From IMG/VR virus record IMGVR_UViG_3300008262_000018, positions 57,097 to 121,096 of that record: a DNA stretch of 64,000 bases; one strand, 5' to 3'. The notes beneath the pieces were generated by a model that ran no database searches, was not told the origin of the DNA, and saw only the letters and a list, made by a program, of their open reading frames with translations. This stretch comes from a virus. A program made the position numbers and the translations under genes. Positions 41,632 to 51,263 of the stretch are shown here, one piece after another (positions within the stretch are counted from its first letter, which is position 1; the number at the start of each line of letters is the position of its first letter).

Positions 41632-41781
41632 ATGCCAATTAAAAAAGTAACCCCAGAAGAACAAGCAATTAGAGAAGCTCAAGATAAAAGAGTGTCTGAT
41701 TATATAAAAGAAGGTAAGACTCTTGAAGAAGCTAGAGCTTTGGTAGAAGCTGCAAAAGCTTTGTCTAACAATCAAAATTAA
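41632..41781 (+). CDS. Small hypothetical protein (49 aa)
   Basis: Read from sequence: MPIKKVTPEEQAIREAQDKR...NNQN*. Confidence 0.6.
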   Translation: MPIKKVTPEEQAIREAQDKRVSDYIKEGKTLEEARALVEAAKALSNNQN

Positions 41782-41786
41782 AAACA

Positions 41787-41912
41787 ATGGCAAAAGGTAA
41801 AATCACAGACTCTAAAAAAATTACATTTGGTAAACGTAAAGGTGGTAAAGCTGCTAAATCACGTGGACCAAAAGACAAATCTGTTTCCCAATATAGGGGA
41901 CAGGGACGTTAA
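41787..41912 (+). CDS. Small basic protein ending YRGQGR (41 aa)
   Basis: MAKGKITDSKKITFGKRKGGKAAKSRGPKDKSVSQYRGQGR*. Confidence 0.7.
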   Translation: MAKGKITDSKKITFGKRKGGKAAKSRGPKDKSVSQYRGQGR

Positions 41913-41986
41913 TTTTTTCTATCTTTCTGGCAATTACAATTGATCTTTCTCCATACCCTCCTCTCAAAGATCACCAGAAAAGAAAT

Positions 41987-42014
41987 AAAGCCCTCTTATT
42001 ACAGAGGGCTTTTC
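41987..42014. terminator. Bidirectional terminator
   Basis: aaagccctct-tattac-agagggcttt between convergent genes. Confidence 0.75.
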
Positions 42015-42017
42015 TCT

Positions 42018-43514
42018 TTATTTAATCACTTGACCTTTTTCATTCACCTTCATTATTTTTATTCCATCAAACACTACTAAATGATCATTATCAATATATT
42101 GTTTTAGTGTTTTTTCTTCAAAATAATGAAACTTACATCCTTTAATACCTATAAAGAATGCTTTATCAGAATAGTTTTGGCAACGATCTTCAGCATCTGT
42201 AATAATAATAGCATTATTACCATGGGCGTTAATGCTATGAATTACATTGTTTATGTTAGTACCATTATTTCCCTCTAGAATAGCTATACTAAATTCATCT
42301 TTTTTATATTTTTTAACTCTTGTATCAAAAACATAAATTTCATTTAGCAAATCTAACTCTTTCATTTTTAAAGCAAAAGACTTAGCAAATTCCATTCTAG
42401 ATATTCTATTCCCATCTACTTCTACACATGGTGAGTTCATTGATCCAGATATATCTACGTAAAGATCTATTTTACCAATAGACTTTGTTTCTTTTACAGT
42501 TATATCTTCAATCATCACCTTTCTTAATCTAGGATGAAGCTCTATATAATCTTCTAGCCCAGCAATACTATCTGCATTAAACAAATCTTCTACAATTGTT
42601 TCTTTCTTAGCAGAGAAATAAGAGGTACTTTTATCCATAAGTTTTTTAATTCGTTCTCTTAAAGAGCTCATAGATATCTTCACCTTGCTCATTTTTGCTG
42701 CTGCAGATGTAATAAATTCTGTAGAAAGCTTATCAGCACCATTAGACTCTTTACAATTATCAAAAAGCATATCTTGAACTTCTTGATCTGCTGTTTCATC
42801 CATCCTTTTACATAGATTAGATGCTTGATCTATTGCATCTTGTAAATCTTTTTGAGCATCTTCACTTTCAAACATTGTATTCATTAAGTCTTCAAACTTA
42901 GAATCATCTGTTTTACTAGAATCTTGTAATGCTTTAGAAAGATCATTAGCTTTTTTAGGATCTTGAAGTTCAAGTTTAGTAAGTTGAAGAGCAAAATAAA
43001 AAATGATATTTCTTGTAAATATTGCACTTTTTAAATTAGATCCTTCAGTCATAATTTTACCTACAGGACTATTACTCTTTTCTAAAAACTGATACTTCAT
43101 TCTATTTGCATCTGTTCTATCCTGAAAATCTATCTTTTCAATTTTATGATAATACATTTTAAATATATCATAATAGAGATGCTCTGGAATTTTTCTAAAG
43201 TTATCTAATAAAGCTCTATGAAAAGCTTTGTCGCCCACTTGCTTTGCAACGGGTAGTTTGTGTGTAATAAATGATTTAAGTTTGTCATATTCTCTTCTTA
43301 TTTCATCTGAGTCATGCATGAAATTAATTATAATAGATTGTATTTTTGTTTCATCTATATAATGTACATATGGCTTTAGAAGATCAGGCTTTTTATAAAA
43401 TTCTAATCTAGAAAATAAACTATCTTCTTCTTTATAATAAGATTGTATCTCACCTTTCTTTACTTTTTCAAGAATAGTATAGACATTTTTATATTGTCTT
43501 CCTCCTGATTTCAT
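42018..43514 (-). CDS. vWA domain protein (ViaA-like)
   Basis: MIDAS motif VDISGSM, GTNI, IITDAED. Confidence 0.8.
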   Translation of the reverse strand: MKSGGRQYKNVYTILEKVKKGEIQSYYKEEDSLFSRLEFYKKPDLLKPYVHYIDETKIQSIIINFMHDSDEIRREYDKLKSFITHKLPVAKQVGDKAFHRALLDNFRKIPEHLYYDIFKMYYHKIEKIDFQDRTDANRMKYQFLEKSNSPVGKIMTEGSNLKSAIFTRNIIFYFALQLTKLELQDPKKANDLSKALQDSSKTDDSKFEDLMNTMFESEDAQKDLQDAIDQASNLCKRMDETADQEVQDMLFDNCKESNGADKLSTEFITSAAAKMSKVKISMSSLRERIKKLMDKSTSYFSAKKETIVEDLFNADSIAGLEDYIELHPRLRKVMIEDITVKETKSIGKIDLYVDISGSMNSPCVEVDGNRISRMEFAKSFALKMKELDLLNEIYVFDTRVKKYKKDEFSIAILEGNNGTNINNVIHSINAHGNNAIIITDAEDRCQNYSDKAFFIGIKGCKFHYFEEKTLKQYIDNDHLVVFDGIKIMKVNEKGQVIK

Positions 43515-43586
43515 AGTAATAAATTTAAAATTAAAAAAATAGAGGCAGATGTAGACACATCACCTCTTTTATCGTATACACTCTAA

Positions 43587-44741
43587 TTAAAAATCGTGTT
43601 GAGCATTAATAGCTTGGTTTGCACCATTTTCTATTTCAGCATTAATAAACAAAGTGTCAAACTCACCATTATCAAGCTTACTCTTGTATGATGGATGATT
43701 ATTAAGTATGTAGGACATAGATGTTTCTATTTCCATCACTTGAGATTCATCAAGTTGACCTCGTGTAGCATACATATTAATCAAGCTTTCAATTTCTGCA
43801 ATTGCAAGTTCAAGTTGCTCAGAAGTTGTATAACTATGTAGCATCTCTACTTTATTAACAACAGCTTTCATTTCTGCATTCATAAGTTTGCTGGAAAGTT
43901 CACTACCTGCTGTAGAGTTAATCATAATCTGTGCAGTTTTAACAAGAGCTTTGTCTACACTTATATCCCAGATATAGCTAATAGATTTAGCCAACATAGG
44001 AACAAATGTCAAAGTTCTATCTGAACTGCTTTGATAACCCACTTCTAGATATTTCTCAAGCTTGTTTGTAGGAATCTCAATAGCTGCTATTTCATCTTTG
44101 TTAGGAATACTAATGTCAAACTTCTCACGATAATCACGCGTTCCTTTTTGATAATACTTACTCATTTCACCTGCAGATACTCTACTTACATTCATCTTAA
44201 GAATAAATCTATCCCAGAATGGAGAATCCACCTCATCTTTTGGAATATCATTACAAGTAGCTACAAATAGTTTCCATTTACAAGGAATTTTATGTTTACC
44301 GTTAAAAAGAAACTTCTCGTTCATAACACCAAGCATTGCATTACGAATAGCAGAACTAGCTTTATCTACCTCGTTAATAATTACAATCTCAGCATCAGCT
44401 ATTGGTGCGTGCACTTCATACTTGTTTTCTGTAAATAACTTACCAAGATCTGGCATACCTTTAATCTCTGATGCCTTGGTTCCTTCATCAGTTTCTAAGA
44501 TGTACATTTTATTAGCAAAGTCTTCAGCTGTCATCTTACCATCTTTATTTAACCATGCTTTAGCATATTCTATGATAGTCTTGGTTTTAGCAACACCTGG
44601 TGCACCTATTAGTAAACATGGTAATCCTGTAGATTCTGCTAATGCTAACATTTTAAATACTTCTTCCTTATTAATCAAGGAAGTTTCAATTGTTCTTGTT
44701 TCTAATGCTTTACGTTTTGTAATAGATTTTGTTCTAGCCAT
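43587..44741 (-). CDS. MoxR/RavA-like AAA+ ATPase
   Basis: GAPGVAKT, IINEVDKA, RNAMLGVMNE, FWDRF, SDRT; start MARTKS. Confidence 0.85.
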   Translation of the reverse strand: MARTKSITKRKALETRTIETSLINKEEVFKMLALAESTGLPCLLIGAPGVAKTKTIIEYAKAWLNKDGKMTAEDFANKMYILETDEGTKASEIKGMPDLGKLFTENKYEVHAPIADAEIVIINEVDKASSAIRNAMLGVMNEKFLFNGKHKIPCKWKLFVATCNDIPKDEVDSPFWDRFILKMNVSRVSAGEMSKYYQKGTRDYREKFDISIPNKDEIAAIEIPTNKLEKYLEVGYQSSSDRTLTFVPMLAKSISYIWDISVDKALVKTAQIMINSTAGSELSSKLMNAEMKAVVNKVEMLHSYTTSEQLELAIAEIESLINMYATRGQLDESQVMEIETSMSYILNNHPSYKSKLDNGEFDTLFINAEIENGANQAINAQHDF

Positions 44742-44751
44742 TGTTTTTAGT

Positions 44752-45108
44752 TTAAAGTTGTGCAAAGATGTTTGCTGCTTCGTTTGTATTACTTCCCATT
44801 TTTGTGTTGTTGTCATCCAATGATACCATTGGTTGTTCCAAAATTTCTGTTGACCTAACAACTCTTTGTTGTTTGGGGGATAAGGAGGTTGATTCATCAA
44901 TATCATCAATTACGTTAAAAATAGTAATGTTTGTTTCTAAGTCTTTAAGCTTAGGATGTTTTCTGATAGCTGCAATTTGTACAGCATTTGCTCCATATTT
45001 ATTTTCTATACTGCCATATCCTAGGTTATCTTTTTCTAACCATGTATATCCTTGGTCTAATAACTCTTTAATTTGACTTACATATACGTCTACTTTGTTA
45101 ACTGCCAT
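44752..45108 (-). CDS. Hypothetical protein
   Basis: 118-aa ORF within the operon. Confidence 0.65.
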   Translation of the reverse strand: MAVNKVDVYVSQIKELLDQGYTWLEKDNLGYGSIENKYGANAVQIAAIRKHPKLKDLETNITIFNVIDDIDESTSLSPKQQRVVRSTEILEQPMVSLDDNNTKMGSNTNEAANIFAQL

Positions 45109-45109
45109 T

Positions 45110-45277
45110 TTATTTTGATTTTGGGTTTAAATGTTCTTCTGCATATTCAATAAGATATTTAGCAAATTTTACTAGAATTTCTTGTCCTTCAAATGTAAAA
45201 TATGCTTGATTTTCTTCAACTGCTTTATTATAAGCATCTATAAAACTAGGAATGTTTTCTTCTGTTACTTGTGCCAT
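45110..45277 (-). CDS. Small hypothetical protein (55 aa)
   Basis: MAQVTEENIPSF...FTFEGQEILVKFAKYLIEY; TAATG-coupled to ung. Confidence 0.6.
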   Translation of the reverse strand: MAQVTEENIPSFIDAYNKAVEENQAYFTFEGQEILVKFAKYLIEYAEEHLNPKSK

Positions 45278-45996
45278 TACCATTCAATTTTAAAATCTTT
45301 ACCATTGTTTTTTTCTATAATCTCATTTGCTTTATTAAATACATCATTACAATCCCATGTACCTCCACTATATACAGCAGATGCTGGGTGAGATGCTTTT
45401 AATACATAATGATTATCTCCTATAAGAGACTCAAGCTCTTGTGCTTTAGAGCCAAATAGAATAAACACAAGTCCACTATTTGTAAGATTGAGCATATCTA
45501 TAACATAAGAGATAAAATCTTTCCATACATCATAATGAGATCCTATTTTATCTATTTGACAAGTGAGCGCTGTATTAAGTAATAACACACCTTGGTTAGC
45601 CCATCTTTTTAAATTAGGGTCTTGGTGGGTGGGAAAATCTTGATATACTGTTTTTTCAATTTCTTTAAATATATTCTTAAGACTTGGTTGTGGTTTACCT
45701 GTTAAACTACAAGAAAATGCTAATCCATCTGCAACACCCATATGAGGATATACATCTTGTCCTACAACAACCACTTTTAATTTATCTAAAGGACACTCTT
45801 CAAACGCTCTAAATACATACTTTAGTGGTGGAGTGAACCTTTTTCCATCTTCTCTTAGTTTATGAAGGTTTTCTAATATTTTGCTAAAGTCATCACTTTT
45901 TATAAAAGATCTGAGTTTAATATCCCAACCAGTTCCTTCAAACTTTTTAATAAGTTTTTCTTTAATTTCTTCTAAATTAATTGCTATTTGTTCCAT
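45277..45996 (-). CDS. ung: Uracil-DNA glycosylase (family 1)
   Basis: VVVGQDVY, ADGLAFS, PSLKNI, WANQGVLLLN, HPAS. Confidence 0.92.
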   Translation of the reverse strand: MEQIAINLEEIKEKLIKKFEGTGWDIKLRSFIKSDDFSKILENLHKLREDGKRFTPPLKYVFRAFEECPLDKLKVVVVGQDVYPHMGVADGLAFSCSLTGKPQPSLKNIFKEIEKTVYQDFPTHQDPNLKRWANQGVLLLNTALTCQIDKIGSHYDVWKDFISYVIDMLNLTNSGLVFILFGSKAQELESLIGDNHYVLKASHPASAVYSGGTWDCNDVFNKANEIIEKNNGKDFKIEW

Positions 45997-46011
45997 TTCT
46001 GCTTAGATTTG
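45981..46011 (+). promoter_or_regulatory. Bacteroidota sigmaA-type promoter
   Basis: TTG (45981) - 20 nt - TAGATTTG (46004-46011), matching TAnnTTTG, upstream of ATG 46027. Confidence 0.5.
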
Positions 46012-46026
46012 TAAAAAATAATATAA

Positions 46027-46326
46027 ATGCAAAAAGTTACAGTCATCAAAAAAGATGCTACAACAGATATTACAATTGGTACTGGTTTTTTAGGAGCATT
46101 ACAAAAACTTCTTTACTTCATTTTAGCTGATAAAACTGAAGAAGAATTATCTAAATATAAAGAAGAAGTTGAAAAGCATAAAACAGTACAAGAAACTTGT
46201 AGTCAAGAATGGATGGACCATGTAAAAGTTCTTAGTGTTTTTATTTCATCTGTTGAAAAAAAGATGATTGATGAAAATAAAACAGAAGAAAAAGAAATGT
46301 TAGATACTATCCAACCAGAAAATTAA
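46027..46326 (+). CDS. Hypothetical protein (lone plus-strand gene)
   Basis: 99-aa ORF with its own promoter motif. Confidence 0.65.
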   Translation: MQKVTVIKKDATTDITIGTGFLGALQKLLYFILADKTEEELSKYKEEVEKHKTVQETCSQEWMDHVKVLSVFISSVEKKMIDENKTEEKEMLDTIQPEN

Positions 46327-46702
46327 CTTCTTCACCTATTTCTATTGCTGCTTGTATTGCAAGAGATAGTTCTTGTTTAGAACATTCTGCAAATGATTTT
46401 GCAAGAAAATATTCTTTGCCTGACACTTCTCTAACAATACAGAGTCCTGCTCTATCTTTTACCAATAGTTTCATATTTTCTGCTGTTTCACCTATGTGTG
46501 TAGCTAATGCTTTTATCATTGCATGAAGCTTAGCTAGTTGTGGTAATGTACCATCATCATGCGTAGCTTCATAAAAACATTCTACAAGTTGTCCTTCTGG
46601 TAGACGTGAAACAAATAACTCATATTGTTTAGAAGAAGAAAGGCTAGTAAATTCTAGCCTCCCATTCTTCTTAATATATTTACCTACAAAATGTAAATCC
46701 AT
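46307..46702 (-). CDS. Hypothetical protein
   Basis: 131-aa ORF. Confidence 0.65.
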   Translation of the reverse strand: MDLHFVGKYIKKNGRLEFTSLSSSKQYELFVSRLPEGQLVECFYEATHDDGTLPQLAKLHAMIKALATHIGETAENMKLLVKDRAGLCIVREVSGKEYFLAKSFAECSKQELSLAIQAAIEIGEEVNFLVG

Positions 46703-46704
46703 AA

Positions 46705-47805
46705 TTATACGTTTACATCGTAAAACATAATTTTTTCTTGATCAAGATCTTTAAGAGCTTCTTTCACCCATTTCTCGTCTACTGTTCCAGCATAACACAA
46801 TATATGTACAGTAGATGTTTCTGTTGGGTTAAGTCTTAGTAATCTACCAATTCTTTGATTTGCTTTTCTTTCATTTCCATAAGAATGTAAAATAATTCCT
46901 GCTCTTAAATTAGGAACATTTACACCTTCATTGAGTTGCATTACACAAGATAGTTTATATATATCGCCTCTTTTAAATCTTTCTAAATTATCTTCAGAAT
47001 CTGGATTATTAGAGTGATATGAATCTTTACATAACTTATCAGCTTGTTCTTGTGTATTACAAAATACTATGCATTTATCTTCAATACTTGCTAGTAGTGA
47101 TTTTGCATACTTTTCTTTTGTAGGAAACTCCATAATTGCTCTCATTCTCATTACAGCAGCAATTTGTTGTTGCTTCTTTGTCTGAGCATCTAAAACTCTG
47201 TAGTTCCAATATTCGTAGCTTTTAACTTCTGATGTATAAAACTGTTTATCTTTAAGCTTCACTGGAATATTTAGATCTGTAGAAAGGGCCATTCTATGTA
47301 CAATGATTCTATAATCATTTAGAATTTCATCTTCTACAGCATCATCTGTAATATACTTATATCGTATAGGACAGAATTCTTTTACCATTTTTCCTTTTTC
47401 GCTATCTTGATATCTAGGTGGTGTACCTGTCAATCCTAATATGCGTCCAGGAAATGTTCCAAGAAAGTTTAAATGTGAAGAAAGTAAAGAATGACATTCG
47501 TCTAATACAACAATGTCATATTCATGTTCTTCCTTATGTAATGATAGATAAGTTGTAAATTTTATACAGTCTATCATATCAGGATTAATACCAAATTTTA
47601 CAGCATCATCTTTCCAAGATTGAAATATTGATAACTTTGGGGCTACAACGAGAGCATTTATCATGCCCCCGTTGTCCCAAAAGTGTTTTAGATATTTAAG
47701 ACCAATGAGAGTTTTTCCTACACCCATTGAAATTGCCAAACCACATTTTTTATGTTGCAAGGCAATATCTAGAGCTTCTTGTTGTACTTGCTCTCTCTTG
47801 TTCAT
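46705..47805 (-). CDS. Superfamily II helicase
   Basis: MGVGKT, DECH, GLTGTP, EGVNVP, QRIGRLLR. Confidence 0.9.
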   Translation of the reverse strand: MNKREQVQQEALDIALQHKKCGLAISMGVGKTLIGLKYLKHFWDNGGMINALVVAPKLSIFQSWKDDAVKFGINPDMIDCIKFTTYLSLHKEEHEYDIVVLDECHSLLSSHLNFLGTFPGRILGLTGTPPRYQDSEKGKMVKEFCPIRYKYITDDAVEDEILNDYRIIVHRMALSTDLNIPVKLKDKQFYTSEVKSYEYWNYRVLDAQTKKQQQIAAVMRMRAIMEFPTKEKYAKSLLASIEDKCIVFCNTQEQADKLCKDSYHSNNPDSEDNLERFKRGDIYKLSCVMQLNEGVNVPNLRAGIILHSYGNERKANQRIGRLLRLNPTETSTVHILCYAGTVDEKWVKEALKDLDQEKIMFYDVNV

Positions 47806-48127
47806 TAATATCCAAGTTTTTGTTTCCTATACTGCATAGCAGCTTTTTTGCTTGTGAAAAACTTACTAAAGCGTTTGCCATTTTTTTGATAGCGAACACG
47901 ATAGAGATTGTAAACGGATTAAACTCTACTTGATTATAGCTACGATAGCTACCTGCTTCAAATACCATTTTAGCATGCTCATCATGTGTAAGCACACCAA
48001 GATCTTTTAACATAAAGTCGATAGAAGTAGCATTCTCTTGATATTGCATTTCTTTTTTACTTTCCAAGATGTGTTTGTGACCTACAATTTCACCTTCTCC
48101 TAATACAATGCGTTTTGCTTTTTGCAT
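47750..48127 (-). CDS. Phage protein with LGEGE..GHxH motif (C-terminus likely aberrant)
   Basis: IVLGEGEIVGHKH..LTHDEH..QVEFNPF, then out-of-frame read-through into the next gene. Confidence 0.6.
   Translation of the reverse strand: MQKAKRIVLGEGEIVGHKHILESKKEMQYQENATSIDFMLKDLGVLTHDEHAKMVFEAGSYRSYNQVEFNPFTISIVFAIKKMANALVSFSQAKKLLCSIGNKNLDINEQERASTTRSSRYCLAT
47805..47918 (-). pseudogene. Headless AP2-like DNA-binding domain fragment
   Basis: YNLYRVRYQKNGKRFSKFFTSKKAAMQYRKQKLGY*; stop overlaps the helicase ATG (TAATG); no upstream start codon. Confidence 0.5.
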
Positions 48128-48138
48128 AGTTTTAAATT

Positions 48139-48384
48139 TTAATTGTTTTCTGATATTTCATCAATATAAGGAATATGATCTTCTACAGCATCATATAACT
48201 TGTCATAAGCTAAATCGAGTCTAGCAAAGATTTCTCCAGCTTTATATCCTACACTACCTGATGCTGTAGTGTCATGTCCAATTTCTTCTGCTAAATCTTT
48301 TGCTGTTTCTACAGCAAATCTAGCATCAATTAATAAACTACGTAGTTCATTAGTTGTAATTGTAATTGTCTGTGAACTTTCCAT
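48139..48384 (-). CDS. Hypothetical protein
   Basis: 81-aa ORF. Confidence 0.6.
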   Translation of the reverse strand: MESSQTITITTNELRSLLIDARFAVETAKDLAEEIGHDTTASGSVGYKAGEIFARLDLAYDKLYDAVEDHIPYIDEISENN

Positions 48385-48398
48385 TTTTTTTTTTGTTT

Positions 48399-49121
48399 TT
48401 AGGTTTCTGAATACATTAATTGAAGATATTGATCCTTGTCTAAGTGATAAGGCATTGTATCTTTACTTTTATTAGACTTTTTTACAACAATAATATCACC
48501 TTGTCTGTAGATCTTTTCAGGATTTGTAACATCTATACGTATAGTCCAAGCAATTGCACGTATAGCATCATAGTTTACACTATCTCTATCACCCCACCAT
48601 CTATTTCCTGTAGCTGCTTCATGGTTAACATATAACCAATATTCCCTATTAGTTGTTGTACACCAGCATCTTACAGCATATACAGGATTTGGTTCTCTAC
48701 CCCACTTGTCTTTTTCAAAAAGCTTTTTTCCCTCTATTTTATAGAGTTCATATACATCTTCAAATGTACGAAAACTTTCTTTATTTTCATCGTCCCAGTT
48801 AGCTCTTTTTTTTGTAATAGTTTGTTTATCTAAAAGCTTGGGCTTCAATGACTTAAACAGTTTTACTACACCAATACAGTCAAAATATGTACGTCTTACT
48901 TCTGCATTTTCTTGTTTAAGAGCTTCTTCAACGGTAACTGGTTCTATATTATTCCATGTTTCTTCTACAAACTTTCCAAAGTCTTCAAGACTTGGATGTA
49001 CAATAACATCTTTCTTAAAATCTATAAATTCTGGATATTTAGCTTTCCAGAGTTTAAGGGCTTCACTTAATTTGAAGCCCCCTTGACCACTAACAATATA
49101 ACTTTGTTTGTCGTACTGCAT
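48399..49121 (-). CDS. Conserved phage protein (DUF6745-like C-terminus)
   Basis: ENAEVRR, VRCWCTTTNREYWLYV, AIAWT, RQGD. Confidence 0.55.
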   Translation of the reverse strand: MQYDKQSYIVSGQGGFKLSEALKLWKAKYPEFIDFKKDVIVHPSLEDFGKFVEETWNNIEPVTVEEALKQENAEVRRTYFDCIGVVKLFKSLKPKLLDKQTITKKRANWDDENKESFRTFEDVYELYKIEGKKLFEKDKWGREPNPVYAVRCWCTTTNREYWLYVNHEAATGNRWWGDRDSVNYDAIRAIAWTIRIDVTNPEKIYRQGDIIVVKKSNKSKDTMPYHLDKDQYLQLMYSET

Positions 49122-49132
49122 TGTTAATTAAT

Positions 49133-49834
49133 TTAAATGTCAACTAATGTATCTTCTTCTGTAATTTCTAAATAAATATCTTTAGGTTCTGAAGATGTCG
49201 TACCTATACCTAAATGATCAATAGTGTATTCTAGAAAATCTCCTTTAATAACTCCATCTTGAGGTTCTAAATTAATAGTTTCCCAAATGCTACGATAATC
49301 TCTATCTGAAGTGTCAATAAAGTCTTCTATAACAGCATTCACCTCTTCTTCCATTTTTTCTTCAAGACCACTAATAAATACAGTGTGTTTATCAGATAAA
49401 AAACCATTTTTAATACCAAATCTTGCTTCTATCCTTGTTCTATCACCGTTATCACCTTCAATACCAATAGAAAGACTATCGTGCCATAATTCTTTAGGTA
49501 CTTGTATAATAATATTACATTCATGTGTGATTCTTTCATCTTCGGAATATTCATCTATTCCTTCAAATGATTGACTTTCTGGATTATATTCAGCACTACC
49601 TGAAGCACTAAACTCACCAGCCCAAGATCCATAATCTAATACATCATACATCATACTCACTAAATACTCTGTATATTCATTATCTACAGATTCTCCATCT
49701 ATTTGAAAATATACCCAACCTGAGTCTCCACCACCTTCCCAGTGGATAGATAATTCGTGACCATCAGCTACTTGTTTATTACACCATTCTAACACTGATG
49801 GTTTTACTTCTAATTTTTTAGGTTTTTTTGCCAT
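49133..49834 (-). CDS. DUF6878-like acidic protein
   Basis: WEGGGDSG motif. Confidence 0.5.
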   Translation of the reverse strand: MAKKPKKLEVKPSVLEWCNKQVADGHELSIHWEGGGDSGWVYFQIDGESVDNEYTEYLVSMMYDVLDYGSWAGEFSASGSAEYNPESQSFEGIDEYSEDERITHECNIIIQVPKELWHDSLSIGIEGDNGDRTRIEARFGIKNGFLSDKHTVFISGLEEKMEEEVNAVIEDFIDTSDRDYRSIWETINLEPQDGVIKGDFLEYTIDHLGIGTTSSEPKDIYLEITEEDTLVDI

Positions 49835-49836
49835 AA

Positions 49837-50460
49837 TTAATTATTTTTAATGTAATCTAATTTTTCATCAGCTATTTCTTTCATAACCTTTCTTCCTTCT
49901 CCTGGTTTATACATCCATCCAACAACATTCATATTGTCTAAATAGTCCTTAATAGTGGGTATCCAGCCTATGTCTTCTTTGACATGTTGTTCTCCAAGAG
50001 CTCTAACAGGAACCATTTTCCCATCAGAGTTTGTTATATACACTCCAAACTTCTCTTCACACCAGAAAATACCCTCAGCGTGATGTTCACTAAATCCTAA
50101 CTCTTTAGCTTCTAAAGGATTAGTTTCTATCCAAGAATGGCATGATCTACATACAGATAACCAAGCACTCATTTTTAAATAGCTATCTCCTGTTCTACCT
50201 TGTTTATGATGTACATCAGTGGCTTTACCTGTACAACCAACAAGTTTTGCTTGACAGTTGGGATTAGCAATTAAAAATATATTGCGTTTCTTAGAATACT
50301 CATCTATTTCCACCTGCCTCTTTTTAGAGACAGGGGAAATAGATTTTGGCTTATCTATAGAGTACCAGCATTCTTTACAATATTTCTCTTTACCATGTGA
50401 CTTCCAAATGTGTTTTTCTTTTTCACATCCTGCACATTTCTTAAGCTTCGCTTTGATCAT
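49837..50460 (-). CDS. Apparent fusion of a Zn-finger/HNH-like protein with a DUF6915-like C-terminus
   Basis: CAGC..CKEC, DVHH..VCRSCH..AKELGFSE joined to HHAEGIFWCE..GEQHVKED. Confidence 0.6.
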   Translation of the reverse strand: MIKAKLKKCAGCEKEKHIWKSHGKEKYCKECWYSIDKPKSISPVSKKRQVEIDEYSKKRNIFLIANPNCQAKLVGCTGKATDVHHKQGRTGDSYLKMSAWLSVCRSCHSWIETNPLEAKELGFSEHHAEGIFWCEEKFGVYITNSDGKMVPVRALGEQHVKEDIGWIPTIKDYLDNMNVVGWMYKPGEGRKVMKEIADEKLDYIKNN

Positions 50461-50671
50461 TGCTTAATTGTTTTTCTGTAACTGTTTGACGCTTTCTACG
50501 TATAATAACACCACTAGTAATAGATTTACTAAGAATACCTACAGGTTGTCTAATCCATTCTATTTCTATTGGACCATTATCCATAAGTTCTCTTAATAAT
50601 CCCTTATCGATGTCATTTTCTGGAATTAACGCAAGCTGCGTTTCTCCATTTGATACAAATATGTGTTCCAT
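50441..50671 (-). CDS. Hypothetical protein
   Basis: 76-aa ORF. Confidence 0.6.
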   Translation of the reverse strand: MEHIFVSNGETQLALIPENDIDKGLLRELMDNGPIEIEWIRQPVGILSKSITSGVIIRRKRQTVTEKQLSNDQSEA

Positions 50672-50673
50672 TT

Positions 50674-51198
50674 TTATGCATTAATTTTGAAAAAATATTG
50701 TGGCAATAAGTTGTTTTTCATAAGGAGTTCTGCAATTTTAATTTTACTAAGACCAACTTCTTTAAAGCTAAATGTAGACAAATAATCTTTATCAAATCCT
50801 TTAATTGAAGAAAAATGTTCAACTAATTTAGATTTGGGGAATAATTTTGTAAGAAAAGAATCAATATAAGAATTAGTAATTTCTTGCTTCCATCTGTTAA
50901 TAAGTTGTTGAGCTTTTGTATATCTAACTTTAATAAATCTTTTTGTCTTAGGAGACATTTCTTTAATTGCTTGAGTTTCATATGCATCAAAACCATAAAC
51001 CACTTGTGCATATAACTTTTCTTGTACAGGATTAAATACATTTTTTTCAAATTCTTGATACTTAGCTGTACCTTCAATTTGAATTTTAGAAAGGTCAATT
51101 GTTGATTCATACTTTTTAAAAGCATGTTTATTATTATCTACAAAATAGATAGTTATACCGTTTTGACCAGCACTAATTGTTTTGTGAGAGTTGTACAT
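50674..51198 (-). CDS. Hypothetical protein
   Basis: 174-aa ORF. Confidence 0.7.
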   Translation of the reverse strand: MYNSHKTISAGQNGITIYFVDNNKHAFKKYESTIDLSKIQIEGTAKYQEFEKNVFNPVQEKLYAQVVYGFDAYETQAIKEMSPKTKRFIKVRYTKAQQLINRWKQEITNSYIDSFLTKLFPKSKLVEHFSSIKGFDKDYLSTFSFKEVGLSKIKIAELLMKNNLLPQYFFKINA

Positions 51199-51217
51199 TT
51201 TTAAAATATTTATAATT

Positions 51218-51248
51218 AAAAAAAGCCTGGGAATAACTCCCAGGCTAT
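51218..51248 (-). terminator. Intrinsic terminator
   Basis: agcctggga-ataac-tcccaggct with U-tract on the minus strand. Confidence 0.7.
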
Positions 51249-51263
51249 TATCATTTACTATTC

